Assembly: GCA_946545015.1 (NCBI GenBank) | Contig: CAMNMV010000001.1 | Location: forward strand, 26,420-90,419 | Origin: an uncultured Clostridium sp. | Lineage (GTDB): Bacteria > Bacillota > Clostridia > TANB77 > CAG-508 | Length of the DNA stretch: 64,000 bases | Reading direction: 5' to 3' | Shown here: in pieces, positions 44,997 through 55,018 of the stretch | How positions within the stretch are numbered: position 1 is the first letter of the stretch | How the letters are laid out: each line of letters starts with the position of its first letter | Program-made: the position numbers and the translations under genes | The notes under the pieces: generated by a model | Told to the model about the DNA's origin: nothing | Databases searched by the model: none | The model's input: the letters and a program-made list of their open reading frames with translations, nothing else

Positions 44997-47367
44997 ATTT
45001 TAATTCTACGACAGTAACACCCATTTCACCTTCACCATAAGTTCCTATTCTAAAGCTTTTTACATGAGGGTTAGTTTTCAAAAAGGCATGTATACCACTT
45101 TTTAATTTTCCTGTTCCTTTTCCGTGAATAATTCTTGCCGTTTGGAGTTTGGCTAAAGAACAGTCATCTAAAAATTTATCTACTATTAATACAGCATCTG
45201 CAACTGTTTGTCCAATTACATTTATTTCAGAATTGATTGATCTAGTTTTTGAAATATTGTAACTATAACTAGAATTTTTAGATTTTTTAGAATTATTGTT
45301 TTTATTTGAGTCAGAAATTTTTCTGCTTCTTTCTAGATATTTTATATTTATATTTGTTTTCATATTTCCAATTTGAACTTGTACTTCATCTGATTTTGAA
45401 ACATTTGAAAGAACAATTCCATCTTGGTTAAATGTTGTAACAAAAACATTGAGATTAGGTTTAATTTCGTCTTTTGGAATTGCTTTTGTTGTATTTATGT
45501 TTGAATTATTTTTTATTAATTGTAAATTATTAATTTTATCATTTAAAGAATTTCTTAAATTGTTTAAATTCTTAGATGATGATTCTAAATTTATTTGTCT
45601 AATTACTTCATTTGCATCTTCTTTAGCATTAATAAGTATATTACGTGCTTCCATTTTGGCAGAATTTATAAGTTCTATAGCTTTTAATTCTTTTTCAGTA
45701 CTTTCTTTTTCTAATTTTTTCTTTAAGATAGAAATCTCAGATAATTCAGATTCAATCTTAAGTTTATCATTTTCTATTTGAATCTTATCGTCATAAATAT
45801 TTTTTAAAACTGTTTCGAATTTAATATCATCAGAATTTAAAAGTGCTTTTGCGTTAGTTATGATTGTTTCATCTAAACCAAGTTTTTTGCTTATTTCAAA
45901 TGCATTACTTTTTCCAGGCACACCAATTAAAAGTTTATAAGTAGGAGAAAGTGTTTCTAAATCAAATTCTACTGAGGCATTTTCAAATCCTTTAGTAACT
46001 AATGCATATTTTTTTAATTCTTGATAATGTGTTGTTGCAATAGTGATACAGTTTAGTTTTTTGAAAAAGTCTAAAATGCTAATTGCAAGATTTGCTCCTT
46101 CTACAGGGTCAGTTCCTGAACCAAGTTCATCAACTAATATTAATGAATTAGAAGAAGCTTCTTTCGTTATTTGAGATATATTTAAAATGTGAGATGAAAA
46201 AGTACTTAATGAATCACTAATACTTTGATCATCACCAATATCCGCAAAGACGTTATCAAATATAAAAATTGATGAACCTTCATCAGTTGGAATATTGAGT
46301 CCACTACAAGCCATTAATGTAATTAAACCAACAGTTTTTAATGTGACAGTTTTTCCACCAGTGTTTGGACCAGTAATAATTAAACTAGTATAGTCGTTTC
46401 CAATTGTTATATTAATTGGTACAGCAGTGTTTTGATTTAATAAAGGGTGTCTTGCTGATTTTAAGTCTATTAGTTTTCTATCATTAATTATGGGCATAAC
46501 TGCGTTTAAATATTTTGAATATTTTGCTTTACCAAATATAAAATCTAAAGTTCCTATAATATCAGAATCATTTTTTAAATTTTCTATATAAGGTACAAAA
46601 GAATTAGATAAATCTTTTATTATTTTTTCGATTTCGATTTTTTCTTCTATTTTTAAATTATTAAGCTCATTATTCATATCAAAAACTAAAATAGGCTCTA
46701 TAAAAACAGTGGCACCTGTACTTGAGATATCATGAGTAAATCCTTTTATTTGACTTCTGTATTCTTCCTTAACAGGTATAACAAATCTATCATTTCTAAT
46801 TGTTATAACATTTTCTTGGATATATTTTGAATGTGAGTGTAAAAAATTATTTAATGAAGATTTTATATCTTGTTCAATTTTCCTTTGTTTACGTCTGATG
46901 TTTTTTAATTCGGTAGAGGCATCATCAGCAACTGTATTTTCATCTATTATACATTTAAATATCTTTGTACACATTGATTCATTACTATAAAGCAAAGAAA
47001 AATAATTATTTAAGATTGGAAAATCATCTGGATTTATAAAATCTTGGTAAAAATATTTTTTTAATTCATTAGCTTGTTTTAAAATATTTGCTAAATCTAA
47101 AATTGCTTTTAATGTAAGAATTCCATCTGATTCTAATGTTTTTAAATATATAGTAATATCTGCCATTTCAGAAATAGGAGGTGTAGAAGCTTTATATAAT
47201 ACACTTACTCCTTCATTTGTTTGGTTAATCATATCTAATATATTAGATTTATCATTAGATGGAGTTAACTCATTAGCAAATTTTTTTCCTAAATATGTAA
47301 CACAATAAGATGATAATTTATTTATTATTTGATTATATTCTAATTTTTCTAAACATGTTCTATTCAT
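44995..47367 (-). CDS. mutS2: Endonuclease MutS2 (MutS domain plus C-terminal Smr domain)
   Basis: Walker A GPNTGGKT. C-terminal Smr motifs (IIHGKGTGKL...). Start placed at Met11 of the track ORF (MNRTCLE) because AAAGGAG lies 8 nt upstream of it. Confidence 0.88.
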   Translation of the reverse strand: MNRTCLEKLEYNQIINKLSSYCVTYLGKKFANELTPSNDKSNILDMINQTNEGVSVLYKASTPPISEMADITIYLKTLESDGILTLKAILDLANILKQANELKKYFYQDFINPDDFPILNNYFSLLYSNESMCTKIFKCIIDENTVADDASTELKNIRRKQRKIEQDIKSSLNNFLHSHSKYIQENVITIRNDRFVIPVKEEYRSQIKGFTHDISSTGATVFIEPILVFDMNNELNNLKIEEKIEIEKIIKDLSNSFVPYIENLKNDSDIIGTLDFIFGKAKYSKYLNAVMPIINDRKLIDLKSARHPLLNQNTAVPINITIGNDYTSLIITGPNTGGKTVTLKTVGLITLMACSGLNIPTDEGSSIFIFDNVFADIGDDQSISDSLSTFSSHILNISQITKEASSNSLILVDELGSGTDPVEGANLAISILDFFKKLNCITIATTHYQELKKYALVTKGFENASVEFDLETLSPTYKLLIGVPGKSNAFEISKKLGLDETIITNAKALLNSDDIKFETVLKNIYDDKIQIENDKLKIESELSEISILKKKLEKESTEKELKAIELINSAKMEARNILINAKEDANEVIRQINLESSSKNLNNLRNSLNDKINNLQLIKNNSNINTTKAIPKDEIKPNLNVFVTTFNQDGIVLSNVSKSDEVQVQIGNMKTNINIKYLERSRKISDSNKNNNSKKSKNSSYSYNISKTRSINSEINVIGQTVADAVLIVDKFLDDCSLAKLQTARIIHGKGTGKLKSGIHAFLKTNPHVKSFRIGTYGEGEMGVTVVELK

Positions 47368-47529
47368 TGTAAAAACTCCTTTTGCACTATTATACAAGGG
47401 AAGAACAATTTAGTCAACTTAAGAGAAATACAAAAACGAAAAAATTTATAAAAAAGCTATACAAAATTAAAAAAGTAATGATATAATTACTAAGATAAAA
47501 TAAAACTATAATAATTTGGAGGGACCAAT

Positions 47530-50469
47530 ATGGGGAAAATAGTTTTACTAGATGAATTAACTATAAATAAAATTGCTGCTGGAGAAGTTATTGAAAGACC
47601 TGCATCTGTTATAAAAGAGATGGTGGAAAATTCAATTGATGCTGGAGCAACTAATATAACAATAGATATAAGAAATGGTGGAATTTCATATATAAAAATA
47701 ACTGATAATGGTAAAGGGATTGCTAAAGATGATTTAGAAATGACTTTTGAAAGACATGCAACAAGTAAAATAAGATCTGCTGAAGATTTGAATACAGTTA
47801 CTTCTATGGGATTTCGTGGAGAAGCAATGGCAAGCATAGCTGCTATTGCCAATGTTGAATTAGTTTCAAAGACGGCTGAACAAGATATAGGATATAAAAT
47901 TGTCGTAGAAGGTGGAACAATATTACAAAAAGAAGAAACAGGATGCCAAACAGGGACAACAGTTACAGTTAAGAACTTATTTTTCAATACACCTGTAAGA
48001 TATAAATTCTTGAAAAAGGATTATACAGAAACTGGATATATAGAAGATGTAGTTACGAGATTAGCATTAGTTAATCCTAATATTGCATTTAAATTAATTA
48101 ATTCTGGGAAAACAATTATACAAACAGCTGGAAATGGAGATTTGAAAAGTGTAATTTATAATATTTACGGGAGAGATATTGCACAAGGTATAGTAGAGGT
48201 AAATTATAATTATGAAGATATAATTGTAAAAGGAGTTATAGGAAAACCAGAGATTGCAAGATCAAACAGAAGTAATCAATTATTCTTTGTAAATAAAAGA
48301 TATGTAAAAGATAGAATATTAACTGCAGCAACAGAACAAGCATATAAAGGACAAATAGAAGCAGGAAAATTTGGATTTGTTGTTTTAAATTTAGAAATGA
48401 ATCCATCAAAAGTTGATGTTAATGTTCATCCGGCAAAATTAGAAGTTAGATTTGAGGAAGAAAGTAAAGTTTTCCAAGCAATATATCATGCAATAAAAGA
48501 TGGACTTGAAAAAGATCCAAATTATATGCCAGCAGAAACAATAACTAAAGTTGATAATATAATAATTCAAAGCAGTAATGATTATTATCCAAGAAAATCA
48601 ATAGATACTTTTGAGGATGAAAAACCAAAAGGCTTAGGATTTTTTGGGTGGAAGAAAAATAAGAGCGTGAAAAACTTTGGGGGAAATGATACAAATATAA
48701 TCGAAGATTTATATAAAGAAAAAACAGGAGAAGAATTTCCTAAATTCCAATCTCAAAATTTGAGTGTTGAAAAACAAGAAAACGATAATACAATTAATAA
48801 CAATGAAGATGCAGTAAATACATCAGATGTTTTAGATGAATTAAGAAAAATGAAAAATGAGATTCAAAAAGATAATGATATTGAAAACCAAAAAAGAGAA
48901 TTGAAAACCGAAGAAGTAGTAACTGTAAAAGAAGAGGAAATTCAATCTAATTTACCAGATGGTAAGACATATACATATGTTGGAGAAAATAAAGATAAAA
49001 TAGAAGATTTATTAAGACAATTACATCCAGAAATATATAATAAAAAAGTAGAAATTAAAGCACCGATTGAAGAAGAAAATAAAACTGAAAATGTAATGGA
49101 TTTCCAAGAATCAAATGAAGAAAGTTTTCAAGAACAAGAAGTTGCAGAAAAAATAATACCATATGCATTTAAAGAAAGCTCTCCTGAAGAAACAAAGGGT
49201 GAGAGTTTAGAAGAAAATATTGTTGTTGAAAATAAAGCTGATAATAATCAAATAAATCAAAAATTTGATTTGATAAGAGAAAATCTACGTAAGTTAGATG
49301 AAACGCAAGCTATTCCAACTATTGAAAAATTAGAACCCAAAATGGAAATCGAAAATTTAAGTACAAATGATATTGAAACAATCAAAATTCCAGAAACATT
49401 AGAAGTAGAAAATAATTTGGAAGATAATAAAACAACTGAATTACATGATGAAATAACATATGAAAAAGTAAATATTGATGACCAAGAAACTCAAAAAATA
49501 CCTGTTGTGGATATTTATAATAATATAAATGCTAATAGTGATAGGGTGGAACCTGAAAAAGAAAATGAAAAGGTAGAAGCGGATAAAACATATAATAATT
49601 CTTATGATGATGAGCAAATGCCAAAAGCTTTTCAAAAAGCAGATGTAAGTGCGGATATAGATGCAGCTGCAGACACTTCAATAAGCTTAAATGATAATGA
49701 TGATGAAAAAATAGATAATGTAGCTGAAACAAGTAATTCAACATCAAGTGAATTTAGCCAGATGTATGAAAAACTATTTGGAACAGCAATAATATCTGAT
49801 GAAAAAACACAAGCAAAAGATACAAGATTTGAAGCAGTAGATATTTTGAAAGATAATGTTTCTGTATTTGAGGGAATAAGCAAATATCAAAAGCCTATAT
49901 ATAAATTTATAGGAGTAGCATTTGATAATTATATAATAGCAGAAATAGAAAAAGAAATGTACATTATTAATGTTAATACAGCAAAAGAAAAAGTTATTTA
50001 TGAAAAAATTAAAAAGAGTTATTATAATAGAACAGACAAAGATTCTCAAATGCTTTTATTACCAGATATAATTGAGCTTTCTTCAAAAGAAAGAGAAATA
50101 ATGAAAGAAAATCAAGAATTGCTTGCAGAAGCAGGATTTTCATTTGAAGAATTTGGTGATAATACACTAAAACTTACAGGTGTTCCTACAATTTGTATGG
50201 AACTAGACACAAAACAATTATTTATTGAAATTCTTGATGAAATAAATACGGTTGCAAGGACATCTAAACAAGAAAAAGAAGAAAAATTTATGGGAATTAT
50301 AGCTTCAAAAGTTGCACAAAATACACCTATAAAAAAATCTAAAGAAGAAATTGATGGATTAATGGATGAATTATTAGTATTACCTAATCCATTTGAATTA
50401 AATTATGATAAACCAATAGCAATAAAGATGACTAAATACGATATAGAAAGAAAATTTTCTAGAAAATAG
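47530..50469 (+). CDS. mutL: DNA mismatch repair protein MutL homolog, 979 aa, with a linker about 450 aa longer than usual and degenerate endonuclease motifs
   Basis: GHKL ATPase motifs (IAAGEVIERPASVIKEMVENSIDAGAT, DNGKGI, FERHATSKI, GFRGEAMASI). Residues from about 340 to 790 are E/K/N-rich low complexity. The C-terminal dimerisation domain is recognisable (KPIYKFIGVAFDNYIIAE...). Confidence 0.85.
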   Translation: MGKIVLLDELTINKIAAGEVIERPASVIKEMVENSIDAGATNITIDIRNGGISYIKITDNGKGIAKDDLEMTFERHATSKIRSAEDLNTVTSMGFRGEAMASIAAIANVELVSKTAEQDIGYKIVVEGGTILQKEETGCQTGTTVTVKNLFFNTPVRYKFLKKDYTETGYIEDVVTRLALVNPNIAFKLINSGKTIIQTAGNGDLKSVIYNIYGRDIAQGIVEVNYNYEDIIVKGVIGKPEIARSNRSNQLFFVNKRYVKDRILTAATEQAYKGQIEAGKFGFVVLNLEMNPSKVDVNVHPAKLEVRFEEESKVFQAIYHAIKDGLEKDPNYMPAETITKVDNIIIQSSNDYYPRKSIDTFEDEKPKGLGFFGWKKNKSVKNFGGNDTNIIEDLYKEKTGEEFPKFQSQNLSVEKQENDNTINNNEDAVNTSDVLDELRKMKNEIQKDNDIENQKRELKTEEVVTVKEEEIQSNLPDGKTYTYVGENKDKIEDLLRQLHPEIYNKKVEIKAPIEEENKTENVMDFQESNEESFQEQEVAEKIIPYAFKESSPEETKGESLEENIVVENKADNNQINQKFDLIRENLRKLDETQAIPTIEKLEPKMEIENLSTNDIETIKIPETLEVENNLEDNKTTELHDEITYEKVNIDDQETQKIPVVDIYNNINANSDRVEPEKENEKVEADKTYNNSYDDEQMPKAFQKADVSADIDAAADTSISLNDNDDEKIDNVAETSNSTSSEFSQMYEKLFGTAIISDEKTQAKDTRFEAVDILKDNVSVFEGISKYQKPIYKFIGVAFDNYIIAEIEKEMYIINVNTAKEKVIYEKIKKSYYNRTDKDSQMLLLPDIIELSSKEREIMKENQELLAEAGFSFEEFGDNTLKLTGVPTICMELDTKQLFIEILDEINTVARTSKQEKEEKFMGIIASKVAQNTPIKKSKEEIDGLMDELLVLPNPFELNYDKPIAIKMTKYDIERKFSRK

Positions 50470-50481
50470 GAGAATACTATT

Positions 50482-50910
50482 ATGCCGATAATAATTACAT
50501 TAGTGATTTCAGTATTTTTGATTTTATTAAGTTGGACATGGCATAATCTTGGAAATATTGAAAAATCAAAGAAAGTTGCAATAATAATAGTTTTACTTTT
50601 GCTAATATATATAATCACTTTAATTATATTTAATATTTCTCAAAAAGATATATTATATGAAATACAAGATGAAAAAGAGTTAATAAAAAATGTATTTGTG
50701 TTATTATTTACATTAGTAAATGGAATTATAGTAATGCCTATGATTTGTAAAACAATTAATGGAGTATTTGAAAAAGAAACTAAAAAAGAAAATGCTACTA
50801 CAAAGATTATGATTATTTTAGTTATATTTATAATATTGTTATTTTTGGAATGTGGATATTTCAAAAGTATACAACAAGGAATTTTAAATATGCTTGCTAT
50901 AAAAAAATAG
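50482..50910 (+). CDS. Hypothetical small membrane protein (four TM segments)
   Basis: Hydrophobic helices, no recognisable motif. Confidence 0.45.
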   Translation: MPIIITLVISVFLILLSWTWHNLGNIEKSKKVAIIIVLLLLIYIITLIIFNISQKDILYEIQDEKELIKNVFVLLFTLVNGIIVMPMICKTINGVFEKETKKENATTKIMIILVIFIILLFLECGYFKSIQQGILNMLAIKK

Positions 50911-50959
50911 AAATAATAAAATAGTGAAAATGTAATGCAGTAGAAAGAAGGAAATATTA

Positions 50960-51880
50960 ATGCAGCAAAAACAAAAAGTAATAGTTATATGTGGACCAAC
51001 TGCTTCAGGAAAAACAGCACTTGGAGTAGAACTTGCCAAAAAAATAAATGGTGAAGTTGTGTCATGTGATTCTATGCAAATTTATAAAGATATGACAATT
51101 GGCACAGCTAAACCAGTTGAAGAAGAGATGCAAGGAATAAAACACTATTTAATAGATTTTGTTTCACCAGATGAAAGATATAGCGTTGCAAATTTTAAAA
51201 AAGATGCTAAAATTGCAATTAAAGAAATATTAGAAAAAGGAAAGACACCAATAGTTGTAGGTGGGACAGGTTTATATATAGATAGCTTGATATATGAAAT
51301 AGAATATAATGACATCAAATTGGATGAAGAATATAGAAAAAAATTAGAAACAATTGCCCAAAAAGAAGGATTAGAAAAATTGTATGATAAGGCGAAAAAA
51401 ATTGACCCAGATGCAATAGAAAAAATAAGTCCAAATGATCAAAAAAGGATAATAAGAATTTTAGAAATATATCATGCTACTGGAAAAACTAAAACCGAGC
51501 AAGAAGCGGAATCAAGAAAAGAAGTAGAATATGATTACAGAGTTTTTGCTATAAATTGGGAAAGAGAAAAACTTTATGAAAGAATTAATAAAAGAGTTGA
51601 CATTATGATGAACCAAGGGTTAGTTGAAGAAGTAGAAAACATTAGAAAAAAATATAATAAATTTCCAACAGCTATGCAAGGACTTGGATATAAAGAAGTA
51701 GTTGATTATTTAGACGGAAAGTATAGCAAAGAAGAAATGATTGAAAAAATTAAAATGGAAACAAGAAGATATGCCAAAAGACAAATGACTTGGTTTAGAA
51801 AAAATAAACAAACAATATGGCTTGATGGTCAAAATGATATACAAAATAATATTGACATTATTTTGGAGGGTATAAATTGA
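50960..51880 (+). CDS. miaA: tRNA dimethylallyltransferase
   Basis: VIVICGPTASGKTALGVELAKK P-loop and SCDSMQIYKDMTIGTAKP. Confidence 0.92.
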   Translation: MQQKQKVIVICGPTASGKTALGVELAKKINGEVVSCDSMQIYKDMTIGTAKPVEEEMQGIKHYLIDFVSPDERYSVANFKKDAKIAIKEILEKGKTPIVVGGTGLYIDSLIYEIEYNDIKLDEEYRKKLETIAQKEGLEKLYDKAKKIDPDAIEKISPNDQKRIIRILEIYHATGKTKTEQEAESRKEVEYDYRVFAINWEREKLYERINKRVDIMMNQGLVEEVENIRKKYNKFPTAMQGLGYKEVVDYLDGKYSKEEMIEKIKMETRRYAKRQMTWFRKNKQTIWLDGQNDIQNNIDIILEGIN

Positions 51881-53178
51881 ACGAAATAGAAGATAAAAAT
51901 AATGAAAAGAATACAAGAGTAAAAATGAAAACAAAGAAAAAGAATAATAAAATTATTGTTTTTGTTGCTTTAGTATTAATAATTATATATGTTTTATATG
52001 CTATTTTCTTACTTACATCAGAACAATCAAAAACTTTTACAGTAGAACAAGGGAAAATATATCTTGAAGAAACCAATATTGGATATATTATAAGAGATGA
52101 AAAAGTTATAAAGGGTGAAAACTATAAAAATGGAATGCAACAGATAAAGGCTGAAGGGGAAAAGGTAGGAGCAAATGAATCAGTATTTAGATATTATAGT
52201 CAAAATGAAGAAAATTTAAAACAAAAAATTTCTGATTTAGATGGTAAAATTCAGGAGGCTATGAAAGAAACAACAGATATATTGTCTTCAGATGTAAAAA
52301 CAATTGAAAATCAAATTGATGTGAAAGTTGCTGAATTAAATAAGATGACAGATAGTTCGAAAATTAATGAATATAAAAAAGAAATTAGCGAACTTGTTGC
52401 AAAAAAAGCTAAAATAGCAGGTGAATCTAGTCCAAAAGGATCATATTTAAAACAATTAATAGATGAAAGAGCAGGATATGAAAATGAATTGAATTCTGGA
52501 GCAGAGTATGTAAAAGCAACAAAAAGCGGAATAGTTTCATATAGAGTTGATGGATTAGAGGAAACATTGACACCAAATAATTTGGAAAGTTTAACTGAAG
52601 AATATTTGAATAATTTAGGAATAAATACTGGAAAAATAATTGCAACAAATAATGAGTGTGGAAAGATAATTGATAATTTCACATGTTACATAGCTACAAT
52701 ATCTAATTCTGAACAAGCTAAAATAGCAGAAGCTGGCGACAAAATAAAAGTTAGATTATCAAATAATTCAGAAATAGATGCTAAAATAACATATGTAAAA
52801 CATGAAGAAAATGGTAAGAACTTAATAGTGATAGAAGTTAACAATGAAATTACAGAATTGATAAATTATAGAAAAATATCATTTGATTTGATTTGGTTTA
52901 GTTATTCAGGATTTAAAGTTCCAAATCAAGCTATTGTAGAAAAAGATGGTTTAAAATATGTTGTTCGAAAGAGAGCAGGATATTCTCGTAAAGTTTTAAT
53001 TAAAGTTGCCAATAAAAAAGGTAAAGATATGGCTAATGAAAAATATACTATAATTGAAAATTATAAGATAGATGAACTAGAAAAACTAGGTTTGTCTAAT
53101 AAAGATATAAATAATTATAAGGGAATAGCTTTATATGATGAAGTGATTTTAAATCCAGATTTAGATAAAATGGAATAA
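51877..53178 (+). CDS. Hypothetical membrane-anchored coiled-coil protein, possibly a HlyD-like periplasmic adaptor fold
   Basis: One N-terminal TM, a long coiled-coil segment, C-terminal beta-rich region. No partner transporter nearby. Confidence 0.4.
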   Translation: MNEIEDKNNEKNTRVKMKTKKKNNKIIVFVALVLIIIYVLYAIFLLTSEQSKTFTVEQGKIYLEETNIGYIIRDEKVIKGENYKNGMQQIKAEGEKVGANESVFRYYSQNEENLKQKISDLDGKIQEAMKETTDILSSDVKTIENQIDVKVAELNKMTDSSKINEYKKEISELVAKKAKIAGESSPKGSYLKQLIDERAGYENELNSGAEYVKATKSGIVSYRVDGLEETLTPNNLESLTEEYLNNLGINTGKIIATNNECGKIIDNFTCYIATISNSEQAKIAEAGDKIKVRLSNNSEIDAKITYVKHEENGKNLIVIEVNNEITELINYRKISFDLIWFSYSGFKVPNQAIVEKDGLKYVVRKRAGYSRKVLIKVANKKGKDMANEKYTIIENYKIDELEKLGLSNKDINNYKGIALYDEVILNPDLDKME

Positions 53179-53308
53179 TGTTACAAAAATATTACAAAAA
53201 TATTAAAATTTAAAAACATTAATAAAAAGTCTTGACAATAAATTAAAAAAAGTAGATACTTATAACAGAAAAAAATACAAAGGAATTAAAAAATTAGGAG
53301 GTTTTTTT

Positions 53309-53785
53309 ATGGCAGGAGCGCTAATGAGTAAAGTTTGGGATTTGTTTGGAATGGATTCAGCAGAACCAGAGGAAATTGATGAAGAAAACGTATATGATTA
53401 TGATGAAGAAGAAGATTATGAAGAAGATAAAAAATTATTTGGAAGAAAAAACAAAGTTGTAGCAATGCCTCAAACACAAGGTAATTCTATAAAAATGGTT
53501 ATATCACAACCAACTACTTTCGAACAATCAGATGAAATATGCAGTTTCTTAAAAGAAAAGAAATCTGTAATAGTTAACTTAGAATATGTTAACAAAGATG
53601 TAGCTAGAAGAATAGTTGATTTTATTAGTGGTGGAGTTTATGCACTAGATGGATACATTCAAAAAGTATCTAACTCTATCTTTTTAGTAGCACCATCAAA
53701 TTATGAAATAACAAATGAAATGGCTAGAGAAGAAATGAAAAGCAAACTTTCAGTTTCTTGGTTAAAAAACAACGGAGTTAACTAA
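53309..53785 (+). CDS. sepF: Cell division protein SepF
   Basis: Acidic N-terminus MAGALMSKVWDLFGMD, C-terminal DUF552 core (SVIVNLEYVNKDVARRIVDFISGGVYALDGYIQKVSNSIFLVAP). Confidence 0.85.
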   Translation: MAGALMSKVWDLFGMDSAEPEEIDEENVYDYDEEEDYEEDKKLFGRKNKVVAMPQTQGNSIKMVISQPTTFEQSDEICSFLKEKKSVIVNLEYVNKDVARRIVDFISGGVYALDGYIQKVSNSIFLVAPSNYEITNEMAREEMKSKLSVSWLKNNGVN

Positions 53786-53811
53786 TTTAATCTATTCATA
53801 GGAGGAAGAAA

Positions 53812-54264
53812 ATGATAACACCATTAGATATTGAGAATAAAAAATTTGGAAAACAAATGATGAATGGATATAGTGTTGAAGAAGTTGACGATTTTTTGGA
53901 TGATTTAACTGTTGATTATAGTAAAAACTATAAAGAAATAACAGAATTAAAGGCTAAAGTTGAAGAATTAACAGCTAGCTTAAATCATTATAAATCAATT
54001 GAATCAACATTACAAAATACATTATTAATGGCACAAGAAACTTCAGAAGAAGTAAAAAGTGTTGCTAAACAAAAAGCAGAGCAAATTATTAATGACGCTA
54101 AGGCTTTGTCTGAAAAACGTGTTAATGAATTAAACAATGAAATAACTTTAAAAGAACAAGCTCTAGAAGACATAAAAAAACAATTTGATATATATAAAGC
54201 TAAAATGGAATCATTATTAATTTCACAATTAGAATTGCTAAAGGAAGTTAATAAAGATAATTAA
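53812..54264 (+). CDS. divIVA: Cell division initiation protein DivIVA
   Basis: MITPLDIENKKFGKQMMNGYSVEEVDDFLD N-terminal lipid-binding domain plus coiled coil. Confidence 0.88.
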   Translation: MITPLDIENKKFGKQMMNGYSVEEVDDFLDDLTVDYSKNYKEITELKAKVEELTASLNHYKSIESTLQNTLLMAQETSEEVKSVAKQKAEQIINDAKALSEKRVNELNNEITLKEQALEDIKKQFDIYKAKMESLLISQLELLKEVNKDN

Positions 54265-54287
54265 TTTTATTTTGGAATTTTTTTACT

Positions 54288-54322
54288 AAAGACTATCATT
54301 TAATTTTTGATAGTCTTTTTGT
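54288..54322 (+). terminator. Rho-independent terminator (AAAGACTATCA-loop-TGATAGTCTTT-TTGT)
   Basis: Perfect 11-bp stem plus T-tract. Confidence 0.7.
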
Positions 54323-54401
54323 ATGTTATATTACATTTTATTACAAGATTTACAAATTATTACAACAAAGTTAAATGTATGTTACAATTACGTTAATTCT
54401 A

Positions 54402-54429
54402 TTGACATTATTGCAAAAAAGAATAAAAT
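54402..54429 (+). promoter_or_regulatory. Candidate promoter TTGACA-16-TAAAAT upstream of rsmD
   Basis: Perfect -35 hexamer at 54402-54407. A phased TTACA repeat array sits just upstream. Confidence 0.4.
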
Positions 54430-54453
54430 ATTAGCATAGGAGTAATATAAGAC

Positions 54454-55005
54454 ATGCGAGTAATAAGTGGAAACTTAAGAGGAACAAAACTTTATACTCT
54501 TGAAGGATTAGACACAAGACCAACACTAGATAGAGTGAAAGAGTCATTATTTAATATAATAAATTTTGATATTAAGGATAGTATATTTTTAGATTTGTTT
54601 GCAGGAAGTGGAGCTATTGGAATTGAAGCTGCAAGTCGCGGAGCTAAGAAAGTAGTGATGTGTGAAAAATCTAAAGAAGCTATAAATATTATAAATAAAA
54701 ATTTGGAGAAGACAAGACTTAATGATAGTGTAACATTATATAATATGGATTTTGAAAAGTGTATATGTGACAAACTTGTGGATAAGTTTGATATAATTTA
54801 TCTTGATCCACCATATAAAACAGATTTTATTTATAAATCATTGAAGTTATTAATAGAAAAAGAATTGATAAAAAAAGAAACAATTATAATTTTAGAAACA
54901 GATATAGAACAAATTGTGGAAAACCAACTTGAAAAATTAGGTTTAACGGAATTTAATTTTAAAAAATACGGAAGAGTAAGTCTTTTGTTTTACAAGACAA
55001 ATTAG
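54454..55005 (+). CDS. rsmD: 16S rRNA (guanine966-N2)-methyltransferase RsmD
   Basis: LDLFAGSGAIGIEAASRGA SAM motif and the DPPY motif (YLDPPY). Confidence 0.88.
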   Translation: MRVISGNLRGTKLYTLEGLDTRPTLDRVKESLFNIINFDIKDSIFLDLFAGSGAIGIEAASRGAKKVVMCEKSKEAINIINKNLEKTRLNDSVTLYNMDFEKCICDKLVDKFDIIYLDPPYKTDFIYKSLKLLIEKELIKKETIIILETDIEQIVENQLEKLGLTEFNFKKYGRVSLLFYKTN

Positions 55006-55018
55006 AAAGGGGCCAGTT

